Positions 15,841-24,652 are shown, counted from the first letter of the stretch. The stretch is DNA of 64,000 nucleotides from Paludibacteraceae bacterium (GCA_047973025.1 JBKEBE010000006.1:5386-69385); one strand, 5' to 3'. Notes: a model not told the origin generated them from the sequence alone. Numbers and translations: made by a program.

Positions 15841-15866
15841 TCCCCTTTCGGGGGATTTAGGGGGCT
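15841..15866. repeat. Hairpin element copy E10 (hairpin then arm on the plus strand)
   Basis: Sequence is tcccc-tttc-ggggg + atttagggggct. On the transcribed minus strand the loop reads GAAA. Confidence 0.75.
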
Positions 15867-15868
15867 TC

Positions 15869-16423
15869 TCATACTGCTTTCGGATTTTGAATGGTTTCGT
15901 ACAAAGCTTCGCCGTTACAGAAATTGGCTATCTTGCGGACTTCCGTGTAGCCGTAATCGTCTTTGATTTGGTCGAGAATTTTGTCGGCTTCTACTTTTTC
16001 CAAAGCAAACAAAAACTCAAAAAGTACTTCAAAAGGTTTGTAATTTCCACATTCGGCATTGTAAGCATCTTTCACGAGTTTTCGCAAGTCACGTTTTTTT
16101 GGTTTGTAGGCTTTGAAGTCGTCATAAATATCATCGAAAATATCGTCAGCATCACCGTTTGAAACGATATTCCTGCATTCATAAATGTCGTCTAAATAGC
16201 TTTCATCCGGCGTGTAATCAATGCAAGCACCGGAATAATAAGCCGATGTCATAACAATATCAAGCGTGTAAAAGCGGTTGCGGTACTCATCCAAATAATA
16301 ACTCGGATAATTTCGGTTACTGCCTTTCACGTATTCTTTGTGTTCCGGCACGTTTCCAAACTCATAGTCGTCGTTGTCCACCACGATACAACGGTTTTCA
16401 AAAGCAAAATTATTGGTACTCAT
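15869..16423 (-). CDS. Strongly acidic hypothetical protein, a candidate anti-restriction or DNA-mimic protein
   Basis: 184 aa. A hand count gives about 37 Asp+Glu versus about 22 Lys+Arg, with runs such as GDADDIFDDIYDDF. It lies in the CTn accessory operon. Confidence 0.5.
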   Translation of the reverse strand: MSTNNFAFENRCIVVDNDDYEFGNVPEHKEYVKGSNRNYPSYYLDEYRNRFYTLDIVMTSAYYSGACIDYTPDESYLDDIYECRNIVSNGDADDIFDDIYDDFKAYKPKKRDLRKLVKDAYNAECGNYKPFEVLFEFLFALEKVEADKILDQIKDDYGYTEVRKIANFCNGEALYETIQNPKAV

Positions 16424-16580
16424 AGCGTTTCATTTTTAATTGTTCTACACATTGTTTTACGATTTCGCCAATTTGGACAGGGTTTTTATCCCATTTGATG
16501 CGGTAATGAGAGGAGGTGTTATCTTTGTTTCCCAAAACCAATTCGTTATTTTTATTTTCTGTTTTCATAATTTCTGACAT
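16410..16580 (-). CDS. Small hypothetical protein, first gene of the minus-strand accessory operon
   Basis: 56 aa from an internal ATG (MSEIMKTENK..). It overlaps the next gene by 14 nt. Confidence 0.35.
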   Translation of the reverse strand: MSEIMKTENKNNELVLGNKDNTSSHYRIKWDKNPVQIGEIVKQCVEQLKMKRYEYQ

Positions 16581-17003
16581 TTTTTTTTGTTGCGTCCAAA
16601 GAGCCGGAGTATGTTGATTTTGTTTCGAGGGCGGTGAAAAGGTCGTGTGGAGGCGGTGCAAGGTTTTTTGGGAAAATACTACCCGCAGGTGTGGAGATTT
16701 TTTCAAAAACCCGCGATGGCTAGACCTTACAACGCCGTTAGGCACACGGAAATACCTTTGCACTCGACACAAAATCAACTGCAATGCCCGGCTCTGTACG
16801 ATTGGTAAAACGGGAAGAAATTACAGACAGGAAATAACGTGAGGAGTGAGAAAATGTAGAGAAAGTTGTTTGTTGAAGATTTTTAAGATAAAAGTTTGGA
16901 TTGTATCGAGTTAGAAAAAGGGCAGGAGGAAATTTGGTCGGCACAGGCTACGCTGTCCGGGCTGATTTTTGACTGCTTTTTTTCGTCGTTATCCAATGAA
17001 AAA

Positions 17004-17044
17004 CTTCCCTTTCGGCTTATCCGCAGGATGTGCCGAAAGGGAAG
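17004..17044. repeat. 13-bp perfect stem-loop in the non-coding gap
   Basis: cttccctttcggc, then 15 nt, then gccgaaagggaag. Confidence 0.7.
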
Positions 17045-17350
17045 AAAAACAAATTTGTGATGAATAGAAAATGAGCGGGAGCAGAAAACTTCAAACTTGT
17101 TTGCCGTTTTAAGCGGACGCTTTTTTTCGTCCCTTTGTGGTAGATTTCGGCGAGGCTTGCCGGCTGATTTTTTGAACCTGAATGAAACGGAGTGATTGAA
17201 CGGCTTCAAATAAAGCGGACGGTGTGCCACAGACGAAAAGAAAAACCATTATTTGTCGGATAGAAAGTGTGCGGAAAAGAGAAATGCCTTATTCTATAAG
17301 TTGATATATTTTTCTTTTCTACACTCTTTCGTCATTTTCCAAATGAAATT

Positions 17351-17387
17351 TCCCTTCCGCCTTTTCTGAAAGAAGGGGCGGAAGGGA
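17351..17387 (-). terminator. Long hairpin downstream of the integrase gene
   Basis: tcccttccgcc ... ggcggaaggga is an 11-bp perfect stem with further imperfect pairing. It lies 26 nt after the int stop. Confidence 0.5.
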
Positions 17388-17412
17388 GGATATTTTACAT
17401 ATCAAAATTATT

Positions 17413-18642
17413 TTACAAAGATGTTGGCTTATAATTTAGTTTGTTGAGTTTTCCCGCCAATATATTCATATCATTTTGAATTTTATTTGTGGTAACGCGG
17501 GCGTAGATTTGCGTTGTTTTTATGTTCGTATGGCCCAGCATTCGAGAAACTGTTTCAATAGGAACGCCCTTGGAGAGCGTAACTGTGGTTGCGAAACTAT
17601 GGCGCGCAATGTGAAATGTTAAATTCTTGTCAATTCCACATAAATCGGCAATTTCCTTTAAATAATCGTTTACTTTTTGATTACTTGGAACGGGAAATAA
17701 ATGTTCATCTACACGCAGTGGCTCGTATTTCTTTATCAACTGCATCGGTATATCCAATAAGACAATATTGCTTCTCACATCGGTTTTTTCACGCTTGGTA
17801 TTGATCCAAAAGCTTCCGTTTTCTTGAACGATGTTATGTATTGTCAATTGTTTTACGTCGATATAAGCCAATCCTGTAAAACAAGAAAAGATGAAAATAT
17901 CCCGCACACGTTCCAGTCTTTCCGAAGGAAGTTTTTTGTTGAGTATTTTTTTGAGTTCTTCGTCCGTCAAATACCCCCGGTCTTCTCGTTCCATCCTGAT
18001 TTTGAAGTTGGCAAACGGATCGAAGTGCAGGTAGCCGGAATTTCGGGCAAAAATCACGATGGTTTTGAAGCGGCGCATTGTACGGGCAACGGTGTTCGGC
18101 TTGCATTCACGAGTAGTTTTCAGGAACAAATCAAATCCGTTAACAAACTCATAATTCAGCTCATTTAGACGAATATCATCACGACCATATTTATGCTGAA
18201 TAAATTCTTTTAGTCGTTTAGTGGTGGTTTCATATTTTCCATAAGTGGATTTTTTTCGTGTAATACCTACTTGTGCTTTGAAATTTTCGTTGTATTTTTC
18301 TGCTGTTTGTAATAGGGTGGTAATTTCACCCTCATTTTTCCCTTGTAGCACAGCCTTGTATTTCTCCATACTCAATTCGTTATCGGCAAAATAAAGTTGA
18401 TTGAAAAGCGAATGTAGTTGGCTGGTAAATTGGTCTATCTGCAGATTGCTTTCTACCGCTTCCTGTGTCCGACCTTTCAAGTGGCTGGTTTTAGCATTCC
18501 ACAAAGATACATTGACATTTATTCCGGTACTCAAAACAAAATATTCTTTACCCAAATAAATTCTTGCCATCAGAGGTGACTTACCTTCTTTGTTCTTGTA
18601 GTTGTTTCTAATGTAGTAAGAAACCTTAAATTGTTTACTCAT
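17413..18642 (-). CDS. int: Tyrosine recombinase/integrase (Bacteroides CTn type)
   Basis: 409 aa. The catalytic signature is HIARHSFATT (HxxR) plus LGHTNIKTTQIYARV (the nucleophilic Tyr). An N-terminal arm-binding-like region is present. Confidence 0.9.
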   Translation of the reverse strand: MSKQFKVSYYIRNNYKNKEGKSPLMARIYLGKEYFVLSTGINVNVSLWNAKTSHLKGRTQEAVESNLQIDQFTSQLHSLFNQLYFADNELSMEKYKAVLQGKNEGEITTLLQTAEKYNENFKAQVGITRKKSTYGKYETTTKRLKEFIQHKYGRDDIRLNELNYEFVNGFDLFLKTTRECKPNTVARTMRRFKTIVIFARNSGYLHFDPFANFKIRMEREDRGYLTDEELKKILNKKLPSERLERVRDIFIFSCFTGLAYIDVKQLTIHNIVQENGSFWINTKREKTDVRSNIVLLDIPMQLIKKYEPLRVDEHLFPVPSNQKVNDYLKEIADLCGIDKNLTFHIARHSFATTVTLSKGVPIETVSRMLGHTNIKTTQIYARVTTNKIQNDMNILAGKLNKLNYKPTSL

Positions 18643-18746
18643 AATATTGTTGTTTTTTATCTTTGTTTTTACTCTACAAAGATGGGGTTAAACATTTAAT
18701 TATAAGTTGAATAGAGGTCTTTATTCAGGGCTTCATTATCACTCTT

Positions 18747-18795
18747 TTGCTACATTTTTTTGAAGGCTTTTGAATTGTAGCAGTTATTGTAGCAA
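18747..18795. promoter_or_regulatory. att-proximal repeat cluster, candidate recombinase binding sites
   Basis: ATTGTAGCA occurs twice as a direct repeat (18774-18782 and 18786-18794). The inverted partner TTGCTACA is at 18747-18754. Confidence 0.3.
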
Positions 18796-18954
18796 TGAAT
18801 GAACGGATATTGACTGCTAACGCTTACTAAAAAGCCGTCAATAGCATTCACTACAAAACAAAAAAACACCGTAAAACCATCGTTCTACAGTGTTTTAATT
18901 CAATTGAAAGCATGTTTTTGATGCTAACTTGAAACCCTGAAAGGTTTCATTTTG

Positions 18955-19027
<73 letters not shown>

Positions 19028-19042
19028 ATATTTTATGGTATG

Positions 19043-19074
19043 CAAATTTACGTACAATTTCACGATGTTGCAAA
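19043..19074 (-). promoter_or_regulatory. Bacteroidota-type promoter for tRNA-Gly
   Basis: The minus strand reads TTTG, a 20-nt spacer, then TAAATTTG. The -7 box ends 15 nt before the tRNA 5' end. Confidence 0.6.
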
Positions 19075-19182
19075 TTTATGTGTATTTTTTTCTTTCGTTA
19101 TTTTCGTAACTTCCGACGATACGCGACGATAGTTGTGTATTGTTTGCAACAAGACAAAGACGAACGGTTGACATGAAATAAC

Positions 19183-19217
19183 AAAACGATTTTAATCGTC
19201 GAGATTAAAACCGTTTT
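19183..19217 (-). terminator. Stem-loop downstream of the 19242-19691 gene
   Basis: aaaacgattttaatc / gattaaaaccgtttt pairs at 14 of 15 positions with a 5-nt loop. The flank is moderately T-rich. Confidence 0.5.
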
Positions 19218-19241
19218 GTCCGAGCGAAAAATGTGCTGTTT

Positions 19242-19691
19242 CTAACGTCTGTTGGAATTTTGTTTTCCTCTATTTCCTCTATCGTCTCTGTATTCCTTTG
19301 ATTTCTGCATACGTTCATCACGAAGTTTCACGTATTCAGCCATTTTCTCTTTTCCGATGATTTGTTCAAGTTCTGCTTCATGCTGCTTACGATCTTTTTG
19401 CATTTCTTCTCTAAACTTTTCACGGTCTGATTCATTATTTTTCTGATATTCAGCACGTTTTTTAGTCCTTTCTTCGTCCTTTTGCTTATAGAAATCAACT
19501 AATTTCGTTTTTTCACCTTCTGTTAGGTTCAAGTCCTTAGCCATGCGTTCAGCGCGCTGTTCAGGAGTTATGTTCATTCCGCGTGGAGCCTCTGTACGGG
19601 CTTTTCTTTGTCCTCTATTCGCATTTTGCGCTATTGTACAGATATTTAGCGCGAAAATTGATGCCAATACTAATAATCCAATTTTTTTCAT
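19242..19691 (-). CDS. Secreted Lys/Glu/Arg-rich helical protein (DUF4890-like or Spy/CpxP-like)
   Basis: 149 aa with a signal peptide and a highly charged, repetitive helical sequence. Confidence 0.5.
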   Translation of the reverse strand: MKKIGLLVLASIFALNICTIAQNANRGQRKARTEAPRGMNITPEQRAERMAKDLNLTEGEKTKLVDFYKQKDEERTKKRAEYQKNNESDREKFREEMQKDRKQHEAELEQIIGKEKMAEYVKLRDERMQKSKEYRDDRGNRGKQNSNRR

Positions 19692-19830
19692 ATGCTTTCA
19701 AATGGTTAAGTGAATAAATAATGATATTCATTTGACCTTTTAAGCGCGAAATGGTTTAAAAGGGATAGTAACAAAGTGTCTTAATTTCAAAAAAACAGGA
19801 CATAAAAAAGTATTGATTAACTTCAAAGGA

Positions 19831-21789
19831 TCAGTTTACGATTACTTTAAACGAGCTGTTCAGGCTACTTTCTTCAACCACATTTACAATGTAAATACCT
19901 TTTTCTATCGGGATTATCAGTTGGTTGGTCGTCGATATTTGCCGGTAAACCCTATTGCCGGCTACATTATAAATAGTTATTTTCGCATTGGGCAAAATTT
20001 CGGACAAAATTATTTCCTGATTTTTTGACCGGCAAATGATGGGGGGACTTGAAGGAGTGTTTACAGCACTGGGTGTATATCCTATTTTATTGTCAATCCA
20101 CTCGATCCGTTCTCGGATATAGCTTTTAACACTTTCTACTTCGCCATAGTAGCTACCGTATATTTGCGGATTTTGATGCACATACGTATTCAAAATATTC
20201 CAGCGTTTGAAGTTGAGCTTTTGCGATTCGTTTAATTCCGCGCTAAGCGAATCGGCAACATTGTTTAAGGTCTGCTGTGTAATGATTTTATTGTCTCTGT
20301 AATGGGAATAAATTCTCTTTAAATCTTGTGTTGTTTGTGGATCTGAAAAAATTCGGTTTACAAAATCTCTGGCACCGGTCGCGGCACTTCCTTTGGTGCG
20401 ATAAATCCAGTCGGAAAGAGAGTTGATCGGGTACGTTCGATTGTCGTTTTCGTAGGCAATGTCAAAATCCCAAACCGGACCGAAAAAAAACGTATTATTA
20501 TCCCGATGCTTATACATATAGGTACTCCAGAATGTGTCTGTGTTCCCGCTTATTTCGCCTACTAAAAATAAGCGAAGAAAAGATTCCATATCGATGTATT
20601 TTCGATATCCGGATACAGGGTCTCTGTAGTTTGCTGTATATAGTGTATTTTCCATATTGTTGAAAAATTGGATGATATAATTCCGTTGGATGCTGTTTAT
20701 ATCGTCGTCTTTCGGATATTTGATGGTAACAGGAATCCGGTTGCGCGCCGATTCAAACCAAGATATTTCGGAGTAGGCATACGCGTCGATTTCGAGAAAA
20801 TAACCACCCGATAAATCGGGCAGGGAAACGGTTGTTTCAGCCATTTTTTCAATATCAACGCGTTGTTTCGCGACTTCAATTTGATCACAAAGTTGATATG
20901 TCCCTTTGTATTGACCGTTTAAGATCACGTCAACCGCTTTGCCGGCAGGCGTGTATTCGAGCCCCAGTTTATTGCTCAAATCAAACGCGAGCAGATTTCT
21001 CATCAAAGTCTTATCGCCATAATTATTTATCAATGTCCAGCTTTTTTCTTTAGCAGGCATGCCGAGTAAACTGGTTTTATTAAACAACTTTATCCGATAT
21101 GGTTTTTTGGGAAAACTCCACGAAGCATTTCCTCGCCCTCTAATTTCTGTACTGTCGCTAAAAATCTCAGTTCCATTCTCCGAAACAACCGTAAAGATTC
21201 CTTTTAAATAAACTTCTTTGCTGGTAATGTCTTCTTCATTTCGGGTGTGGATAATTACGGTCGGGAGATTGGTTAGTTGATACAATTTGCTGTCATCTCC
21301 GACAGATTTTGTCCCATAAAATTCCACTTCGGCAATGTTACACCGTGTGTCAACCGGTCCTTTATACCTCACGTATCTGAAAGCCCTTGAGTTGCTAACT
21401 GGTTTTTTTGTCAAGACATTTTCCGTTGGAACATCCGTAATGACGTATAAGGGGAGTGCGTCCCCGAAATCTGGATTGTTCGCCCCCTCAAAAATTCCAA
21501 GCTCTACACGGCTGGGATGTCCGGGACGCGGGCAAAAAGCCACTTCTGTAATAACATGGGGTTCACCCAAATCAAGTCCGATCCAACCGTTATTTCTATC
21601 ACAAGCCGCATACGTGTTTTGAAGATTACCATCGAAGACATTCGTGGGGGTGTTGACGGTACTCGAGCAAGCATAAGGAGAATAGTCAAACGCGTTAAAA
21701 TCGCCGATAATTGTACCTGTCAGTTTTTGTGAATGGAGTAAGCTAAAGAAAGGAAGACAGAGAGATAGGAATAGTAGTCGTTTCTTCAT
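19831..21789 (-). CDS. CotH-family protein with an N-terminal discoidin-like domain and a C-terminal T9SS type A sorting domain
   Basis: 652 aa with a signal peptide. CotH-like segments include WSFPKKPYRIKL and LINNYGDKTLMRNLLAFDL. The C-terminal tail ..IYNVAGNRVY...GIYIVNV...FKVIVN resembles Por_Secre_tail. Confidence 0.7.
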   Translation of the reverse strand: MKKRLLFLSLCLPFFSLLHSQKLTGTIIGDFNAFDYSPYACSSTVNTPTNVFDGNLQNTYAACDRNNGWIGLDLGEPHVITEVAFCPRPGHPSRVELGIFEGANNPDFGDALPLYVITDVPTENVLTKKPVSNSRAFRYVRYKGPVDTRCNIAEVEFYGTKSVGDDSKLYQLTNLPTVIIHTRNEEDITSKEVYLKGIFTVVSENGTEIFSDSTEIRGRGNASWSFPKKPYRIKLFNKTSLLGMPAKEKSWTLINNYGDKTLMRNLLAFDLSNKLGLEYTPAGKAVDVILNGQYKGTYQLCDQIEVAKQRVDIEKMAETTVSLPDLSGGYFLEIDAYAYSEISWFESARNRIPVTIKYPKDDDINSIQRNYIIQFFNNMENTLYTANYRDPVSGYRKYIDMESFLRLFLVGEISGNTDTFWSTYMYKHRDNNTFFFGPVWDFDIAYENDNRTYPINSLSDWIYRTKGSAATGARDFVNRIFSDPQTTQDLKRIYSHYRDNKIITQQTLNNVADSLSAELNESQKLNFKRWNILNTYVHQNPQIYGSYYGEVESVKSYIRERIEWIDNKIGYTPSAVNTPSSPPIICRSKNQEIILSEILPNAKITIYNVAGNRVYRQISTTNQLIIPIEKGIYIVNVVEESSLNSSFKVIVN

Positions 21790-22060
21790 ATTTTTCTTTT
21801 GTTAGAATGTTCATAACATGACAAAATATACTTGCGTAAATCGCAAATAATGTATCACGATAAATCAAAAATGTACAGGGATGTAAAAAAGTAGCATTTA
21901 CAGGTTGAACGCAAGACATCAATTATCTTGACGCGGAGTCTAAAAATTCATTTTTTTGAAGTTTGGTAAAAAAAATGCAAACCCCGTTTACCTATTTTCT
22001 TAAAAAAATCAAAGGTATGTTTTTTTTCTGATTCTACAATCCATCTCATTAATTTATCAG

Positions 22061-22374
22061 CTATTTGCAACGTAAAATGTTTGAGCGAATCACTTGTTCA
22101 CAACGAAACAAGTTATAGGTTACATTTATCAATCCGATTATGCTTGTTGCTTTTACAACAAGGTTTACTGACTTCCAAATAAGCCGTTCATGTGCTGTTC
22201 GATAAATCCAAATATTGTGTAAAGCGAACACAAGCCAAACTTGTTTGAGCATGGTTGATCTGTGTCCAATCATGACATAAACACATGTTCTCCCCTCGTC
22301 CCTGCATTGCGCTTTTTTTCTGTATTAAGAACTTCTCTCAAAGTATGCCTGAATGGCTCAAAATCAATAACTTT
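22061..22374 (-). pseudogene. Possible degraded IS5/IS1182-like transposase N-terminal remnant
   Basis: One minus-strand frame reads ..IDFEPFRHTLREVLNTEKKRNAGTRGEH. After a frame change it reads ..MLKQVWLVFALHNIW..ERLIWKS. This loosely resembles the InsH-type N-terminal region. It is fragmentary and was assessed by eye only. Confidence 0.3.
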
Positions 22375-22668
22375 TCTTAGTATTTCAGCCGGATTACCCG
22401 GATGCTGAAAGTTTTGCAGCGCTTATTTGTTCTTCTAATTGACCTCTATTTCCGGTTGTTTTATATTTGTACATCTGTTTGATTGCTTAGTACATAAATT
22501 TATATTTAAGGTATTGATTATAATTGTTCCAATTCGTAGAGGTTCCATGACATGATGGAGCAGAATACTTGTTGAAATGACGCAACAACATCTCTTAAAA
22601 CATTTTATTTTTTCACGGATATTTATTAAAAAATGAGTACATTTGTATCTTGTTGCAAAAAAAAATAC

Positions 22669-23271
22669 ATGCAGAAAGAGATAAAAATTCATATAGCCGG
22701 AATGATATTCAACCAGTCAATGGGTGGCACTTATTCGTTGATTCTGAGTGAAGATGAAGGATTAAAAAGACGATTTTCAGTATTGATAGGTGAAGCGGAA
22801 GCCCAATCTATTGCCCTGAAATTAAATAACACCAAATCTCCCAGACCACTTTCGCACGATTTGATGAATATTATTATTCGGGAATTGAATGCCCGTATGG
22901 TAAAAGTGCTTATATACGAAATGGTCAATGATATTTTTTACGCCGAAATATATCTAGCCCAAAACGATAAACCAATCGTGATTGATGCCAGAACTTCTGA
23001 CGCTGTTGCTTTGGCTGTACGATGTAACGCGCCTATTTTCATTAATTCCGATATTCTTGATATTGTAGGGACCGTAATCAATGATGATGAAATCGCCGAT
23101 GCTAAACAATCTTTTTCCGAAAAAGATATTGTAATCAAAGAATTAACCATCGAGAAAGTAAGATACCTTTCGCTAACTAAACTTACTAGCTTGTTGACTA
23201 AGGCTATAGACGAAGAAAATTATGAAATCGCAGCCTTAATCAGGGATGAGATTGACTTAAGAAAAAGATGA
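22669..23271 (+). CDS. Bifunctional nuclease family protein (DUF151/BFN) with a C-terminal UVR motif
   Basis: 200 aa from ATG 22669. It contains the segments SVLIGEAEAQSIA, PRPLSHDL and DARTSDAVALA, plus a C-terminal EENYEIAALIRDEI. Confidence 0.7.
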   Translation: MQKEIKIHIAGMIFNQSMGGTYSLILSEDEGLKRRFSVLIGEAEAQSIALKLNNTKSPRPLSHDLMNIIIRELNARMVKVLIYEMVNDIFYAEIYLAQNDKPIVIDARTSDAVALAVRCNAPIFINSDILDIVGTVINDDEIADAKQSFSEKDIVIKELTIEKVRYLSLTKLTSLLTKAIDEENYEIAALIRDEIDLRKR

Positions 23272-23353
23272 ACCGGAACTAAAAAACCCTTGTCCCAATT
23301 AAATTCTACGATATGTACTTATTTTGTTACTTGTAAAACAACAAATCAATCCC

Positions 23354-24652
23354 ATGAATACGAAACTTCGACTGATTATCATGAATTTTCTCCAATTTGC
23401 GATTTGGGGAGCGTACCTTACATCTATGTCGCGCTACCTCGGTCCGGCAGGATTGGGAGCACACATCGGAATTTTTTATTCCGTTCAAGGAATTGTCTCT
23501 ATTTTTATGCCCGCCTTGGTGGGTATTATTGCAGACAGATGGGTGCCTGCGCAAAAATTGCTTGGTATTTGTCACGCATTAGCCGGAATTTTTATGATTA
23601 CAGCCGGCTGGTACGGAATCAACGCCGGGAATACGGTCGATTTTACGACTTTGTTTTCATTCTATACGTTAAGTGTTGCATTTTACATGCCGACGCTGGC
23701 GCTTTCCAACTCCGTAGCATACAACGTTCTGGAGCAGAATGGTTTGGATACGGTAAAAGCTTTTCCACCAATTCGCGTGTTCGGAACTATCGGTTTTATT
23801 ATTTCCATGTGGACGGTCGATTTATTGGGGTTTCAAACTACGCCGATTCAATTCGTGTTCAGCGGTATTATCGGACTTGTATTAGCTGTTTACGCATTCA
23901 CGCTTCCTAATTGCCCGGTAAACAAATCTGTGGAAAAGAAATCGTTTGTAGAAGCTGCCGGACTTAACGCGTTCCGGCTTTTCAAAGATAAAAAAATGGC
24001 AATTTTCTTCATTTTCTCCATGTTTCTGGGCGTTTCGCTACAAATAACAAACGGTTTTGCCAATCCTTTTATTTCTAGTTTTGAAGCAGTTAATGAATAC
24101 GCGAATACATTCGGTGTACAGCATTCCAACATACTGATTTCACTTTCACAAATTTCGGAAACTTTATGTATCCTACTCATCCCGTTCTTTTTACGACGTT
24201 TTGGTATAAAAACCGTGATGCTTATTGCGATGTTTGCCTGGGTAATACGATTCGGATTTTTTGGACTCGGCGATCCGGGTAGTGGCGTGTGGTTACTCGT
24301 TTTATCGATGTTGGTATATGGTGTTGCCTTTGACTTCTTCAATGTATCCGGTTCGTTATATGTCAACAAAGAAACCGATCATTCGATTCGTTCGAGCGCA
24401 CAAGGTTTATTTATGCTGATGACGAATGGCATTGGTGCTACAATAGGGACATTAGGCGCACAAGCTGTTGTGAATCGATACTGTCAATGGACAGATGTAG
24501 CTGTAGAAGGGGGCACAAAATCGCTACTTATCGGGAATTGGCAGGCGGTTTGGTTTATTTTCGCGGCTTATGCCCTCGTTATTGCCATTTTATTCTGGAT
24601 ACTGTTTCGATACAAACATGTAAAAGAAGATGTGCAGGAGATAAAACATTAG
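23354..24652 (+). CDS. Nucleoside permease (NupG-like MFS transporter)
   Basis: 432 aa from ATG 23354 with about 12 hydrophobic spans. The N-terminus RLIIMNFLQFAIWGAYLTS is typical of nucleoside:H+ symporters. Confidence 0.7.
   Translation: MNTKLRLIIMNFLQFAIWGAYLTSMSRYLGPAGLGAHIGIFYSVQGIVSIFMPALVGIIADRWVPAQKLLGICHALAGIFMITAGWYGINAGNTVDFTTLFSFYTLSVAFYMPTLALSNSVAYNVLEQNGLDTVKAFPPIRVFGTIGFIISMWTVDLLGFQTTPIQFVFSGIIGLVLAVYAFTLPNCPVNKSVEKKSFVEAAGLNAFRLFKDKKMAIFFIFSMFLGVSLQITNGFANPFISSFEAVNEYANTFGVQHSNILISLSQISETLCILLIPFFLRRFGIKTVMLIAMFAWVIRFGFFGLGDPGSGVWLLVLSMLVYGVAFDFFNVSGSLYVNKETDHSIRSSAQGLFMLMTNGIGATIGTLGAQAVVNRYCQWTDVAVEGGTKSLLIGNWQAVWFIFAAYALVIAILFWILFRYKHVKEDVQEIKH

Larger units (their letters stand above)
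1..18954. mobile_element. Right-hand portion of a CTnDOT-like conjugative transposon (ICE). The left end lies beyond the window. The right end lies somewhere between the integrase gene and tRNA-Gly.
   Basis: A colinear traG-I-J-K-L-M-N-O-Q block has lengths matching Bacteroides CTn Tra proteins. PcfJ/PcfK-like genes follow, and a tyrosine integrase faces the 3' end of a tRNA gene. The element-specific hairpin repeats stop before the tRNA. Confidence 0.8.

Noticed and set aside
16645-17230. ORFs of 65-115 aa in the gap before the integrase (possible excisionase).
   Set aside because: The products are basic, low-complexity and built from hairpin arms and homopolymer runs. No HTH-like Xis pattern is present.
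23290-23910. A 206-aa ORF overlapping the 5' half of the nucleoside permease gene in another frame.
   Set aside because: The permease frame gives a coherent 12-TM protein. The alternative frame is Arg/Tyr/Cys-rich and not protein-like.
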